From positions 12,834,001 through 12,898,000 of the forward strand of contig OZ024756.1 in assembly GCA_964016885.1 (NCBI GenBank): a stretch of DNA of 64,000 nt. The letters are read 5' to 3'. Under the pieces are notes generated by a model. The model saw only the letters and a program-made list of their open reading frames with translations, did no database searches and was not told the DNA's origin. This stretch comes from Eledone cirrhosa. Its lineage: Eukaryota. A program made the position numbers and the translations under genes. This document shows, piece by piece, positions 36,645 through 52,326 of this stretch. Within the stretch, counting starts at the first letter, position 1, and every line of letters begins with the position of its first letter.

Positions 36645-38615
36645 TGCTTTGACGCATAGAGTTACGGCCCTTGCCATTCTGAGTTCAAATCCCGCCGAGG
36701 TTGACTTTGCCTTTCATCCTTACGGAGTCGATAAAATAAAGTACCAGTAATGCACTGGTTAATTGCTGGCCTTGTGCCTAAAGTAGAAACAGTTATTGTA
36801 ACTAGGGGCAAATGTTAGACAAAATGTGACATTTGTTCTAACTCCCTACATTCTTAGTTCAATCCCATCAAGGTCAACTTTGTCTTTCATCCTTCCAGGG
36901 TTTATTGAATAAAGTACCAATTAAGTACTGGGATCGATATACCCCCCCCCCCCCCCCGCAAAAAAAAACTGTTGGTTTTCTGCATAAATTATTATTATTA
37001 TTATTACTTGAAGGAGGTGGATTGGCAGTGTCGGTAGAGCGTCAGACACCATACTTTGCAGCATAGAGTTACAGCCCTTTACATTCCGAGCTCAAATCCT
37101 GACGAGGTTAGCTTTGCCTTTCATCCTTATGGGGGGAAGGAGGGGGGGGGGTCGATAAAATAATGTACCAGTAATGCACTAGGGTCGATTTAATCGACTT
37201 TCCCCCCCTCTCTCTCTCTTCCAAATTGCTATCTTTGTGCCTAAAGTAGAAACCATTACCCGAGACAGCATGTGGCAGAATCAACAGAGTTTCAAACAAA
37301 ACAGATTTGTATTTATTTAGTTACGTCTTGTTATAATCTAACTTCAAATCTTGCTGGGTCTGACTTTTCCTTTCATTATTCCACTGTGGATTGGCAGTGT
37401 CGGTAGGGGGTCGGACGCCATGCTTTGACGCATAGAGTTACGGCCCTTGCCATTCTGAGTTCAAATTCCGCCGAGGTTAACTTTTGCCTTTCATCCTTAC
37501 GGGGGGGGGGGGGGGGGCGATAAAATAAAGTACCAGTAATGTACTGGGTTATTGCTGGCCTTGTGCCTAAAGTAGAAACAATTATTTATTTTGAGAACGG
37601 TGGATTGGCAGTATCGGTAGAGGGTCGGGCGCCATGCTTTGATGCATAGAGTTACGGCCCTTGCCATTCTGAGTTCAAATCCCGCCGAGGTTAACTTTGC
37701 CTTTCATCCTTACCGGGTCGATAAAATAAAGTACCAGTAATGTACTGGGTTATTGCTGGCCTTGTGCCAAAAGTAGAAACAATTATTCCAGTGTGGATAA
37801 AATACATAGCAGTTATTTATTGGGGCAGGTCTACTGCTCCCTCTGCCCCAAATGTGTAACCATGCAAGAAACAAATTATATTTGTTATTACGCCATAAAA
37901 GGAGTCGTATGCTATTACATCAGTATGGATATAATACATACAAGTGATATATTAGGGTAAGTCTCCCTCTCCCCACATTGTCAATAGTCTTAGGCATAAC
38001 TGCCTCCCATCACCCTTCAATATTTGAAATTTATTTTTGTTATTTTATTTTGTCCCCTTTTTTCTCTTTTATTTTATTTTAATTTTAGTTTTTAGCTTTT
38101 CTTTTCTTTGTTATTGTCTCGCTAGCTCTTTTTGATTACCATCTGTGAGTGAGAAGTACTCAATACTTCCCTTAGTCTGCCATGGCTTACTAGCTCTATA
38201 CGGACGTTTAAATTGAAATAAATATTAAAATAATTTGATATTCTACGCCCACCGCCACCACTCTTTCATTCACTTCTTTCCTGTTTCTATATCTCTGGTT
38301 TAGCCACACACACCTACACATGCATACCCGGGGGTGGTGGAAGCATTTCTGAACTGGCGGCGGGAAGGGGGGGGGGGGGAATTGGTCAATTTAGTTGTAG
38401 TGATTAGTTTAGCTGTTATTATAAAAGAGGAGGATTGGCAGTATCGGTAGAGGGTCGGACGCCATGCCTTGACGCATAGAGTTACGGCCCTGGCCATTCT
38501 GAGTTTGAATCCCGCCGAGGTTAACTTTGCCTTTCATCCTTACGGGGTCGATAAAATAAAGTACCAGTAGTACACTAGGATAATTGCTGGCCTTGTGCCA
38601 AAAGTAGAAACAATT
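36645..38615 (+). mobile_element. Cluster of ~185-bp SINE copies (second family; also 1-80, 40505-40690 -, 49905-50078, 53435-53625 -)
   Basis: GGATTGGCAGTATCGGTAGAG...GAGTTCAAATCCCGCCGAGGTTAACTTTGCCTTTCATCCTTACGGGGTCGATAAAATAAAGTACCAGT...GGCCTTGTGCCAAAAGTAGAAAC. Confidence 0.88.
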
Positions 38616-39457
38616 ATAAAAAAATCCACCAAGATATAAAAAATATAACGTACATAAATATAATGTACATAAATTGTGGCACATATACAAATAGATGGGT
38701 GTTTTGGTAGTTTGGGGGGGTGAATATAAACTCCCCCCAACCCTCCACCCACCCCCCAGTATAAACAAACTTCTGCACTAGTCTACATTTCTACCAAATA
38801 TACCTATTTTATTAACAGCCATATATTAGCACAAGATGGAATACAACACGACTCGTGGAATACACACACACACACAATACACTCATAACCACACACTCAT
38901 AACCACACACAATAACCACACAATACTCATATAACCTCACACACAATACACACAAACATACACAACTGACACACAAACACACACATACGCAACACACACA
39001 GACATGACTGACTCACACATACATGACAACATACAAACAACACACATAACACACACATACAAACAACTCAACACACAGACAACTCAAACAAGACAACACA
39101 CAAGCAGGAGTCCCTAGACAGTTACTTAACTTGCTAGAAATAAAAGCCAAACCTCTCTCAAATGACTCCCTGAAAATGAAAAAAAAAAGATGTACCTGTG
39201 CAGGTTTAGTTGGCTTCTTATGGCTATATATCATAGGAGGTTCCTTGAGTATTTTAATAATAGGGGCCACAGACCTAACATGAAAAAAAAATGGGAAATG
39301 AAATGTCTTGCTCAAGAAGACAATGTGCTACCAGCTCCAGGAATCCATTAAGACATGCACCTAAATATCTTTAAAAAGGAAGGACACACAGGATTGTTTA
39401 GTTGAAAATATACAAGGTAGGAATAGTCACAGCTACAACATCATTTATTATATATAA

Positions 39458-40322
39458 CTAGCTGACATACCCAGCTTTGCCTGGGTAAACAGATGATAAG
39501 AGAAATTTACTGTATTGGATGTGTTGTCTGGTTTACAGCATGAGGCGAGACCGTGGTGTGTCTGTTAGAAAAAAAATAAACAGTAAAAAAATCTTCCAGA
39601 TGCACCAGATTCTTCATTTTACCATTCGTGCATATAGTATGAAGATTTCTAGGTATTTCCACTCGTGAACAACCTACATCTAGCTGTCCATGGGTAAAAA
39701 TCGATTCTCTTGTATTCAATTCTACAACTTTGAAACTTTGAGCCTCAGCTTTATTTATGGCCATAGCAAAACTGGCTCTAACAGGGAACTGAAGTCTTGA
39801 GAATTTGAACAGCAGCTCGGTGGAGGTATTTGGGGAATAAATGCTTTTTCTCCTTGGTGATTGCCTCCAAGAATAGTGACCTCTAGGAAATGGTTCATCA
39901 TCCCCCTGGCTGTAAACTGCATGCCATTGCATAGACATGTTTATCAAAAGGATAATGGAAGTTCCAATATTTTATATTATATGTAGCTATAGATTATAGA
40001 TAACTGTATATAAATATGTGTGTGTGAGTGTGTAAATCAGCGTCCGAATGTGTTTAATACTGTGTATCTGATTAAGTATTTATGTGAAGATGTGTGTGTA
40101 TGTAACTTACTAAAGCGTAACATAAAATATCAATTTACTTATAGTTGTCTATAGGAGATTATTTTAGATAAAATGTTATATTGTTTTAATCTAAATGAAA
40201 ATAAAAATTATATGTTGACACTCCCGGGGTCTAATACTATTACCTTGTAAAATTTGATTTGATTTGGTCGAGCCATTGGGAATGCATCAAGAAAAGACAG
40301 AGACAAAGAATTTTATATAGAG
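39458..40322 (-). mobile_element. Internally deleted Helitron with PIF1-like helicase C-terminal remnant
   Basis: FKFSRLQFPVRASFAMAINKA, F.HGQL.V..SRV; 3' hairpin ACCCAGGCAAAGCTGGGT + CTAG|T; 5' TCTATATAA-like head near 40320. Confidence 0.85.
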
Positions 40323-41464
40323 AGAGTAAGGACACATTGGACAATGGTACGGATGGTCATGGCGAGAATGGCTTCCATTATATATAACAAGTTGGCCCCG
40401 TGCTGTCAAAATGACAGCTAATTGTAATATACATGCTATAAAAAAAAGAGATGTTTGTTGGTTGCTTCACGCTCACTCACATAGATGTGAGTATATGTGA
40501 TAATAATTGTTTCTACTTTTGGCACAAGGCCAGCTATTACCCCAGTGTATTACTGGTACTTTATTTTATCGACCCCGTAAGGATGAAAGGCAAAGTTAAC
40601 CTCGGTGGGATTTGAACTCAGAATGGCAAGGACCGTAACTCTATGCATCAAAGCATGGCGCCCGACCCTCTACCGATACTGCCAATCCACCACTCTATAC
40701 TGCCAATAATTATGTTTTCTAAGTGTGTCTATTTATATGTATGTATGTGTAGATATTGTGTGTTAGTAATTCTATTGTCTATGTAAATGGAGGCACATGG
40801 TTAAGTGGTTAGAGCATTGGCCTTGCAATCGATAGGTTGTGAGTTCAATTCTCAGACCGGGTGATGTGTTGTTTCCTTGAGCAAGACACTTTATTTCACA
40901 TTGCTCCAGTTTACTCAGCTGTAGAAATGAGATGATAGGGGCTGGGGTCCCTATCATTCCACTGCAAAGTGGTCGTGGAGGTGCCACGGCAAAAAAGCAC
41001 CCAGCACTCACTGTAAACGAGGTTGGTGTTAGGAAGGGCATCCAGCTGTAGAAATCAAGCCAGAATCAGTTCCCGTCCCACCCTTGCAAGCAGGGAAAAG
41101 CGGACGTAAAATGATGATGATGATGATGATGTATCTTTGTAAATAAACACACACAAACACATATATACATCATCACCGTTTTACGTCCGTTGTTCCACGC
41201 TAGCATGGGTTAGACGGGTTGTCCTGTTGTGGGCAGTGTCCGGTCGGCTGACCTTGTCTTGCTCATACGGGAACTGATTCTGGCTTGATTTCTACAGCTG
41301 GATGCCCTTCCTAACACCAACCTCATTTACAGGGAGTGCTGGGTGCTTTTTTTCCGTGGCGCCTACACGTCCACTTTACAGTGTGGGCTGCAAATTCTGC
41401 CGAGGTTAGCTTTGCCTTTCATCTTTACAGGGTCGATAAAATAAAGTACCAGTAATGCACTGGG

Positions 41465-42262
41465 GTCGATTTAATCGACTTCATCCCCCCCCCTTTTTTT
41501 CTGGCCTTGTGCCTACAGTAGAAATCATTTAATCGACTTTCCCCTCCCCCCAAATTGCTGGCCTTGTGCCTACAGTAGAAATCATTTAATCGACTTTCCC
41601 CTCCCCCCAAATTGCTGGCCTTGTGCCTATAGTAGAAATCATTTAATCGACTTTCCCCTCCCCCCAAATTGCTGGCCTTGTGCCTATAGTAGAAATCATT
41701 TAATCGACTTTCCCCTCCCCCCAAATTGCTGGCCTTGTGCCTACAGTAGAAATCATTTAATCGACTTTCCCCTCCCCCCAAATTGCTGGCCTTGTGCCTA
41801 CAGTAGAAATCATTTAATCGACTTTCCCCTCCCCCCAAATTGCTGGCCTTGTGCCTATAGTAGAAATCATTTAATCGACTTTCCCCTCCCCCCAAATTGC
41901 TGGCCTTGTGCCTACAGTAATCATTTAATCGACTTTCCCCTCCCCCCAAATTGCTGGCCTTGTGCCTATAGTAGAAATCATTTAATCGACTTTCCCCTCC
42001 CCCCAAATTGCTGGCCTTGTGCCTATAGTAGAAATCATTTAATCGACTTTCCCCTCCCCCCAAATTGCTGGCCTTGTGCCTACAGTAGAAATCATTTAAT
42101 CGACTTTCCCCTCCCCCCAAATTACTGGCCTTGTGCCTACAGTAGAAATCATTTAATCGACTTTCCCCTCCCCCCAAATTGCTGGCCTTGTGCCTATAGT
42201 AGAAATCATTTAATCGACTTTCCCCTCCCCCCAAATTGCTGGCCTTGTGCCTATGGTAGAAA
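41465..42262 (+). repeat. 54-bp minisatellite (~15 copies) derived from a SINE 3' segment
   Basis: Unit ATTTAATCGACTTTCCCCTCCCCCCAAATTGCTGGCCTTGTGCCTAYAGTAGAAATC, continuous with the SINE body at 41395-41465. Confidence 0.95.
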
Positions 42263-42378
42263 TAATTATAATTATAGAAACACATGAAACATCAGTTACT
42301 ACGGTGAAGAGTATTTTAAACTAGGATGTAGTGGGATGTGGAGATAAAGTTAACCTGTAATAACTTTATACATGTCAA

Positions 42379-45300
42379 CCACTACCAACACCACCATCAA
42401 TACTAGCATTACCAACACCACCATCAACACTAGCACTACCAACACCACCATCAACACTAGCACTACCAACACCACCATCAACACTAGCACTACCATCAAT
42501 ACTAGCACTACCAACACCACCATCAACACTAGCACTACCAACACCACCATCAACACCAGCACTACCATCAATACTAGCACTACCAACACCACCATCAACA
42601 CTAGCACTACCAACACCACCATCAACACTAGCACTACCAACACCACCATCAACACTAGCACTACCAACACCACCATCAACACTAGCACTACCAACACCAC
42701 CATCAACACCAGCACTACCAACACCACCATCAACACCAGCACTACCAACACCACCATCAACACCAGCACTACCAACACCACCATCAACACTAGCACTACC
42801 AACACCACCATCAACACCAGCACTACCAACACCACCATCAACACTAGCACTACCAACACCACCATCAACACTAGCACTACCAACACCACCATCAACACCA
42901 GCACTACCAACACCACCATCAACACTAGAACTACCAACACCACCATCAACACCAGCACTACCAACACCACCATCAATACTAGCACTACCAACACCACCAT
43001 CAATACTAGCACTACCAACACCACCATCAACACTAGCACTACCAACACCACCATCAACACCAGCACTACCAACACCACCATCAACACTAGCACTACCAAC
43101 ACCACCATCAACACTAGCACTACCAACACCACCATCAACACCAGCACTACCAACACCACCATCAACACTAGAACTACCAACACCACCATCAACACCAGCA
43201 CTACCAACACCACCATCAATACTAGCACTACCAACACCACCATCAACACTAGCACTACCAACACCACCATCAACACCAGCACTACCAACACCACCATCAA
43301 CACTAGCACTACCAACACCACCATCAACACTAGCACTACCAGCACCACCATCAACACTAGCACTACCAACACCACCATCAACACCAGCACTACCAACACC
43401 ACCATCAACACTAGAACTACCAACACCACCATCAACACCAGCACTACCAACACCACCATCAATACTAGCACTACCAACACCACCATCAACACTAGCACTA
43501 CCAACACCACCATCAACACCAGCACTACCAACACCACCATCAACACTAGCACTACCAACACCACCATCAATACTAGCACTACCAACACCACCATCAATAC
43601 TAGCACTACCAACACCACCATCAACACTAGCACTACCAACACCACCATCAACACTAGCACTACCAACACCACCATCAACACTAGCACTACCAACACCACC
43701 ATCAATACTAGCACTACCAACACCACCATCAATACTAGCACTACCAACACCACCATCAACACCAGCACTACCAACACCACCATCAACACTAGCACTACCA
43801 ACACCACCATCAACACTAGCACTACCAACACCACCATCAACACTAGCACTACCAACACCACCATCAATACTAGCACTACCAACACCACCATCAATACTAG
43901 CACTACCAACACCACCATCAACACCAGCACTACCAACACCACCATCAACACTAGCACTACCAACACCACCATCAACACTAGCACTACCAACACCACCATC
44001 AACACTAGCACTACCAACACCACCATCAACACCAGCACTACCAACACCACCATCAACACCAGCACTACCAACACCACCATCAACACTAGCACTACCAACA
44101 CCACCATCAACACCAGCACTACCAACACCACCATCAATACTAGCACTACCAACACCACCATCAATACTAGCACTACCAACACCACCATCAACACTAGCAC
44201 TACCAACACCACCATCAACACTAGCACTACCAACACCACCATCAACACTAGCACTACCAACACCACCATCAACACTAGCACTACCAACACCACCATCAAC
44301 ACTAGCACTACCAACACCACCATCAACACCAGCACTACCAACACCACCATCAATACTAGCACTACCAACACCACCATCAACACTAGCACTACCAACACCA
44401 CCATCAACACTAGCACTACCAACACCACCATCAACACCAGCACTACCAACACCACCATCAATACTAGCACTACCAACACCACCATCAACACTAGCACTAC
44501 CAACACCACCATCAACACTAGCACTACCAACACCACCATCAACACTAGCACTACCAACACCACCATCAACACTAGCACTACCAACACCACCATCAACACT
44601 AGCACTACCAACACCACCATCAACACTAGCACTACCAACACCACCATCAATACTAGCACTACCAACACCACCATCAACACTAGCACTACCAACACCACCA
44701 TCAACACTAGCACTACCAACACCACCATCAACACTAGCACTACCAACACCACCATCAACACTAGCACTACCAACACCACCATCAATACTAGCACTACCAA
44801 CACCACCATCAACACCAGCACTACCAACACCACCATCAACACTAGCACTACCAACACCACCATCAACACCAGCACTACCAACACCACCATCAACACCAGC
44901 ACTACCAACACCACCATCAACACTAGCACTACCAACACCACCATCAACACCAGCACTACCAACACCACCATCAACACTAGCACTACCAACACCACCATCA
45001 ACACCAGCACTACCAACACCACCATCAACACTAGCACTACCAACACCACCAGCACTACCAACACCACCATCAACACCAGCACTACCAACACCACCATCAA
45101 CACCAGCACTACCAACACCACCATCAACACTAGCACTACCAACACCACCATCAACACCAGCACTACCAACACCACCATCAACACTAGCACTACCAACACC
45201 ACCATCAACACCAGCACTACCAACACCACCATCAACACTAGCACTACCAACACCACCATCAACACCAGCACTACCAACACCACCATCAACACTAGCACTA

Positions 45301-48296
45301 CCAACACCACCAGCACTACCAACACCACCATCAACACTAGCACTACCAACACCACCATCAACACCAGCACTACCAACACCACCATCAACACTAGCACTAC
45401 CAACACCACCATCAACACCAGCACTACCAACACCACCATCAACACTAGCACTACCAACACCACCAGCACTACCAACACCACCATCAACACTAGCACTACC
45501 AACACCACCATCAACACCAGCACTACCAACACCACCATCAACACTAGCACTACCAACACCACCATCAACACCAGCACTACCAACACCACCATCAACACTA
45601 GCACTACCAACACCACCATCAACACCAGCACTACCAACACCACCATCAACACCAGCACTACCAACACCACCATCAACACTAGCACTACCAACACCACCAT
45701 CAACACCAGCATTACCAACACCACCATCAACACTAGCACTACCAACACCACCATCAACACCAGCACTACCAACACCACCATCAATACTAGCACTACCAAC
45801 ACCACCATCAACACCAGCACTACCAACACCACCATCAACACTAGCACTACCAACACCACCATCAACACTAGCACTACCAACACCACCATCAACACTAGCA
45901 CTACCAACACCACCATCAACACTAGCACTACCAACATCAACACTAGCACTACCAACACCACCATCAATACTAGCACTACCAACACCACCATCAATACTAG
46001 TACTACCAACACCACCATCAATACTAGCACTACCAACACCACCATCAACACCAGCACTACCAACACCACCATCAACACTAGCACTACCAACACCACCATC
46101 AACACCAGCACTACCAACACCACCATCAACACTAGCACTACCAACACCACCATCAACACCAGCACTACCAACACCACCATCAATACTAGCACTACCAACA
46201 CCACCATCAACACTAGCACTACCAACACCACCATCAACACCAGCACTACCAACACCACCATCAACACTAGCACTACCAACACCACCATCAACACCAGCAC
46301 TACCAACACCACCATCAACACTAGAACTACCAACACCACCATCAACACCAGCACTACCAACACCACCATCAATACTAGCACTACCAACACCACCATCAAC
46401 ACTAGCACTACCAACACCACCATCAACACTAGCACTACCAACACCACCATCAACACCAGCACTACCAACACCACCATCAATACTAGCACTACCAACACCA
46501 CCATCAACACTAGCACTACCAACACCACCATCAACACCAGCACTACCAACACCACCATCAACACGAGCACTACCAACACCACCATCAACACCAGCACTAC
46601 CAACACCACCATCAATACTAGCACTACCAACACCACCATCAACACTAGCACTACCAACACCACCATCAACACTAGCACTACCAACACCACCATCAACACC
46701 AGCACTACCAACACCACCATCAATACTAGCACTACCAACACCACCATCAACACTAGCACTACCAACACCACCATCAATACTAGTACTACCAACACCACTA
46801 TCAATACTAGTACTACCAACACCACCAACAATACTAGCACTACCAACACCACCAATAATACTAGCACTACCAACACCACCATCAACACTAGCACTACCAA
46901 CACCACCATCAACACTAGCACTACCAATACCACCATCAATACTAGCACTACCAACACCACCATCAATACTAGCACTACCAACACCACCATCAACACTAGC
47001 ACTACCAACACCACCAACAATACTAGCACTACCAACACCACCATCAATACTAGCACTACCAACACCACTATCAATACTAGTACTACCAACACCACCAACA
47101 ATACTAGCACTACCAACACCACCAACAATACTAGCACTACCAACACCACCATCAACACTAGCACTACCAACACCACCATCAACACCAGCACTACCAACAC
47201 CACTATCAATACTAGTACTACCAACACCACCATCAACACCAGCACTACCAACACCACTATCAATACTAGCACTACCAACACCACCATCAACACCAGCACT
47301 ACCAACACCACTATCAATACTAGTACTACCAACACCACCAACAACACTAGCACTACCAACACCACCATCAACACTAGCACTACCAACACCACCATCAACA
47401 CCAGCACTACCAACACCACTATCAATACTAGTACTACCAACACCACCAACAATACTAGCACTACCAACACCACCATCAACACCACTATCAATACTAGTAC
47501 TACCAACACCACCAACAATACTAGCACTACCAACACCACCATCAACACCAGCACTACCAACACCACCATCAACACTAGCACTACCAACACCACCATCAAT
47601 ACTAGCACTACCAACACCACCATCAACACCAGCATCATCAATACTACCATCAACAACAATACCAACACCACTACTACAGCAACACTAATACCACAACACC
47701 ACAACCACAATAGAAACACCAATACCACAACACCACCAATACACCACAACCACAATAGAAACACCAATACCATAACACCACCACCGCACTACCACAAATA
47801 CTACCAATACCACCACAACACTACCACAACACCACCACACTACCATACCACCAATACCACAACCACAACACCACCACCACCATCATTACTAGCACTACCA
47901 ACACCACCATCAATACTAGTACTACCAACACCACCACCGCCACAACACTACCACACCACCACCAATACCACTACCACACCACCAATACCACCACAACACT
48001 ACCATACCACCACCAATACCACTACCACACCACCAATACCACCACAACACCACCAATACCACCACAACACTACCACACCACCAATAATACCACTACCACT
48101 CCACCAATACCACCACCACAACAACACCACCGATACCTCCACCACCAATACCACCAATACCACCACACCACCACCAATACCACCAATACCACAACACTAA
48201 TACCACTACCACACCACCACCAACAACACCACCACCAACAACACCACCACCACCACCAACACCACCAACAACACCACCACTACCACCACCACCAAT
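42379..48296. repeat. 27-bp ACC-rich minisatellite (~195 copies to ~47640), then degenerate (ACC)n
   Basis: Unit ACCACCATCAAYACYAGCACTACCAAC; source of the poly-NTSTTNTTI and poly-VLVLM ORFs. Confidence 0.98.
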
Positions 48297-48474
48297 CCAA
48301 TTACACTAATCATCTCAGATGGAAACAGTTGATGTTTGAGAAGAGTGTAGCAAGAGGGTATATGTAATATTTATATATCTCTTATCTCACATATTAAAGA
48401 CTGACTTAGTTTTGAAAAGATGAGACATCACACAGAATGGAATGATAAGATAAATATAAATGGTTTCAGTAGTG

Positions 48475-48600
<126 letters not shown>

Positions 48601-48688
48601 GTAATGAAAAATTGAACGGGAACAAAACAGAGGCAGTACAACAAATGTTTATTAATTTCACGCTCTTGAGAGTGGGGTGGTGGTGGGG

Positions 48689-48722
48689 AACGACGTTTCG
48701 GGCATAAGCCCTTCTTCAGGTG
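48689..48722 (-). ncRNA. Minimal Penelope-type hammerhead ribozyme motif
   Basis: Minus strand ac-CTGAAGA-a-GGGC-TTAT-GCCC-GAAAC-GTC-gt; palindromic ACGT stem III; stem I only 2 bp. Confidence 0.65.
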
Positions 48723-48819
48723 AAAAGTGTGTGGGAAGAGAGTTCAAAGGGTGTGTAGGGGAGTGGTGGAGAGACATATAGCAAAAAGGGGGTGAGAGGT
48801 AACGGTGCAAATGAAATTA

Positions 48820-48854
<35 letters not shown>

Positions 48855-49127
48855 TCACTCGCATTCAGACACACACACATATATTCACTCACATTCAGAC
48901 ACACACTCACACACATTCACTCACATTCAGACACACACACACACATATATTGACACACACACACACACATTTTATATATTCACTCACATTCAGACACACA
49001 CACATTATATATATATAGAGTTCAAATCACGCCGAGGTTAACTTTGCCTTTCATCCTTACAGGGTCGATAAAATAAAGTACCAGTAATGCACTGGGTAAT
49101 TGCTGGCTTTGTGCCAAAAGTAGAAAC

Positions 49128-49178
<51 letters not shown>

Positions 49179-50820
49179 GGAGGCACATGGCTTAGTGGTT
49201 AGAGCATTGGCCTTGCAATCGAAAGGTTGTGAGTTCAATGTGTTGTTTCCTTGAGCAAGACACTTTATTTCACATTGCTCCAGTTTACTGAGATGGTAGG
49301 GACTGGGGTCCATATCATTCCACTGCAAAGTGGTCGTGGAGGTGCCACGGCAAAAAAGCACCCAGCACTCACTGTAAATGAGGTTGGTGTTAGGAAGGGC
49401 ATCCAGCTGTAGAAATCAAGCCAGAATCAGTTCCCGTCCCACCCTTGCAAGCAGGGAAAAGCGGACATAAAATGAAATGATGAAATGATGATGATATATA
49501 CACACTCACTCACGTTCACAGACAGACACATTCATATACAGACACATTCACACACACATTCATATACACACACACATTCACAATCACAGACACATTCACA
49601 CACACATTCACATACACACACACATTGACACAGGTATAAGGGCCAGACATACTGCCTGACCAGGCTTGGCCTCGGGTTGAACTCCGCACCAAAGATCATG
49701 GCAATGGTTCTTTAAGGTGAAGGGGCCACCGATTCCTATATCAACGGTATGTTGGTAGATGAGACTGTGGTGTTGGCAACAGAAGTTTCAAGCAAACTAG
49801 GAAGGTTCAGGTTAACTACAAAATCGCCAGAGGCAATGGAAACAGCAGCCCCACAGAGCAATATATAGATAAGAATAGCAACATCTGTGCACATTATAGG
49901 CAGTATCGGTAGAGGGTCGGACGCCATACTTTGCAGCATAGAGTTACGCCCCTTTATGATCTGAGTTCAAATCCCGCCTAGGTTAACTTTGCCTTTCATC
50001 CTTACAGAGCCTATAAAATAAAGTACCAGTAATACACTGGGATAATTGCTGGCCTTGTGCCAAAAGTAGAAACAATTATTACAACGACCCGTGGAAGAGA
50101 GAGAGAATGTGTTTGTACAAGTGGCCGAAGAAGTCTGTGTCAAGCTCCAAATGTGCATTGCACATCTCAATGGCGAAAGGGTAAGGTAATGGCGGTAAAT
50201 TCCGAAATGTGTCTGTGGATGGAATACCGTGTTACACTTTGGATGTCCATAGAGTCATTGATTTGACGGACTTCGGAGAACAGAACAAAAGTGGCGCACC
50301 AACTGTACAGAGATCATAACAGAAGCCCCACTCACCCAAATGGATGATGGACTTAGACATGGAGTGATATGATTGGGTGATTGATCTTTGAGATCAGGGG
50401 GGGAGGGGGTATGTGTGACTAGGGTGCTGCTGGTGCCAGAAATGCAGTGGAGGTCTTGCTGGAAGCAAGGGGCCAGTGACATCACATTGGAAATGTGTGC
50501 GGTCCATCAGCCTAGGCTTTTGTCAAGAAGCTGTACCACATGGACGTGCGTGTTCATGATTGCTATGATTGAGTGTTGTAACGAGGCTTGCTATATTCTT
50601 TGGCGGGATGTAAAACAGGTGAACATCAGTGCATGGAGATTCAGTCTGGACATGTGTAAAGATGCAAGGGTATGTCCCTTCCTACGGCATTATGCAATAT
50701 TTAAATACCTTTTAACATCATTTAATCTAATGAAAATGGACATTATGACAGATGACAATGGGTGCCTTATGAATAGATTTGAGCCCAGTACAGACTGTGG
50801 CGAAAGTCGGGAAGCTGCTA

Positions 50821-50853
<33 letters not shown>

Positions 50854-51854
50854 CAGGGAAGAGCAGACGTATGATGATGATGATGATGATGATGATGATA
50901 TCATCATCATCATCAACGTTTAACGTCCGTGTTCCACACTTGCATGGGTTTGGACGGGGGTAGTCCCACTTGAGGCAAGAGTGATTGTCTTGCTCGCATA
51001 GGACTGTCTGGCAGGTTTTCTACAGTTGGATGCCCTTCCTAACACCAACCACATTTAATATATATATATATATATATACTAGCAAGACATGTTGCAAATT
51101 CCATTACCCCCACATTACCATGTGGAGAAGAGGTGATGGCTTGTCCAAGTGAGTCGTGTTTGGAAGGATGTGGGCAGGCTGATTGACACGATGTCATGTG
51201 TGAAGAGAGGGTGACATGTATGGGGAAGTGGGTGTATAGTGTAGTGTGGTATGGTGGGAGTTGGCAGGGTGACGTGAGAGAAAGAAAAGAGGAGGGAGGA
51301 AGATAAAATGAAGGTGAGAAGAGCTACCAAAGCTATGATTTGTGTGTTGGGATTTAAAGGTGGGGGTGGACAGTGATCCTGAATAGAATGGATGGGTTAC
51401 AGTAATGGTGAGACCAGATAATAAGGAGTGATGTAAGAGCGGAAAGGGTTACAGGAGGATGATAAGTGTGGTGGGAATTGACAGTTACTAAAGATATGAC
51501 TGTCGTTATGGGACTTAAAAGATGGAGATGATCTTGAATATTGTGATGATGGGAGTAGTTATTAACCCTTTAGCATTTAAACCAGCCATATCTGACCAGA
51601 ATTCTCTCACCTCTTTCTGTTCAAACCGGCTATAACTAAACACTCATACTGATGTTAAGGTATTGTTCTCAAAATAAATAGTATCAAAATCTCATAGATT
51701 CGATACTATGTAAGAAAGCCTTTACTGTAAAAATACAATAGTAAATATAGAGCAATGTAAATGCTAAAAAGTTAAGGAGCTTAGTTGGAGGGGTCAGGTC
51801 ACATTTTTATATATTGGTGGTGAGTCTTCTCCAGTAACTGCATGTTGCCAATCT

Positions 51855-52326
51855 TCACAGTCCTTTGTCATCTGTCATGAGGCTTAGCTTCCTAATGTTA
51901 GTCTTCATTACTTCCATCCCTATCTTCCGAAGTCTACCTTTACCATAGGCCCCATCCACTGAAATCTTTCTCCACTTTATACAGCTGTCATTTACCTTTA
52001 CCATAGAGATCTTTCTCCACTTTATACAGCTGTCATTTTCCATACACAACACCTGCCCATACCAATGTAGTCTTCTCTCCTGCACACTACACTCAATTCT
52101 TATGCTTAGTTTTTTTTCTCAGTTCACTTATACTGTATCATTCAGGTAGACTAACATTACACATCCACTAGAACATACTCCATTTCTTTCTAGCCTTTAC
52201 AAGTCTTCTGCAGTCAAGTCCCAAGTTTCAGTAACATGTGGCATTGCAGTTCACAAGTTGCCACCATACAGCCTACCTTTCATTCTTAGAGAGAAGCCCT
52301 TTGATGTCAACAGAGGTATTAGCTCT
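51855..52326 (-). mobile_element. RTE-type LINE ORF2 3' fragment, interrupted by a TTAA MITE
   Basis: QERRLHWYGQVL.ME.DSCIK, GKGR.RK; same family as 58350-59270. Confidence 0.8.

Noticed and set aside
40788-40860. tRNA-like sequences
   Set aside because: Heads of multi-copy SINEs continuing into a shared body and (ATG)n tail; no clean cloverleaf
42350-48200. 1942-aa Thr/Asn mucin-like ORF and 1807-aa antisense Val/Leu ORF
   Set aside because: Both are translations of a stop-free 27-bp ACC-rich array, with no signal peptide, unique domain or splice support
50095-50820. Higher-complexity segment with short ORFs
   Set aside because: Probably a decayed transposon; no motif I can identify and no exon phase fit
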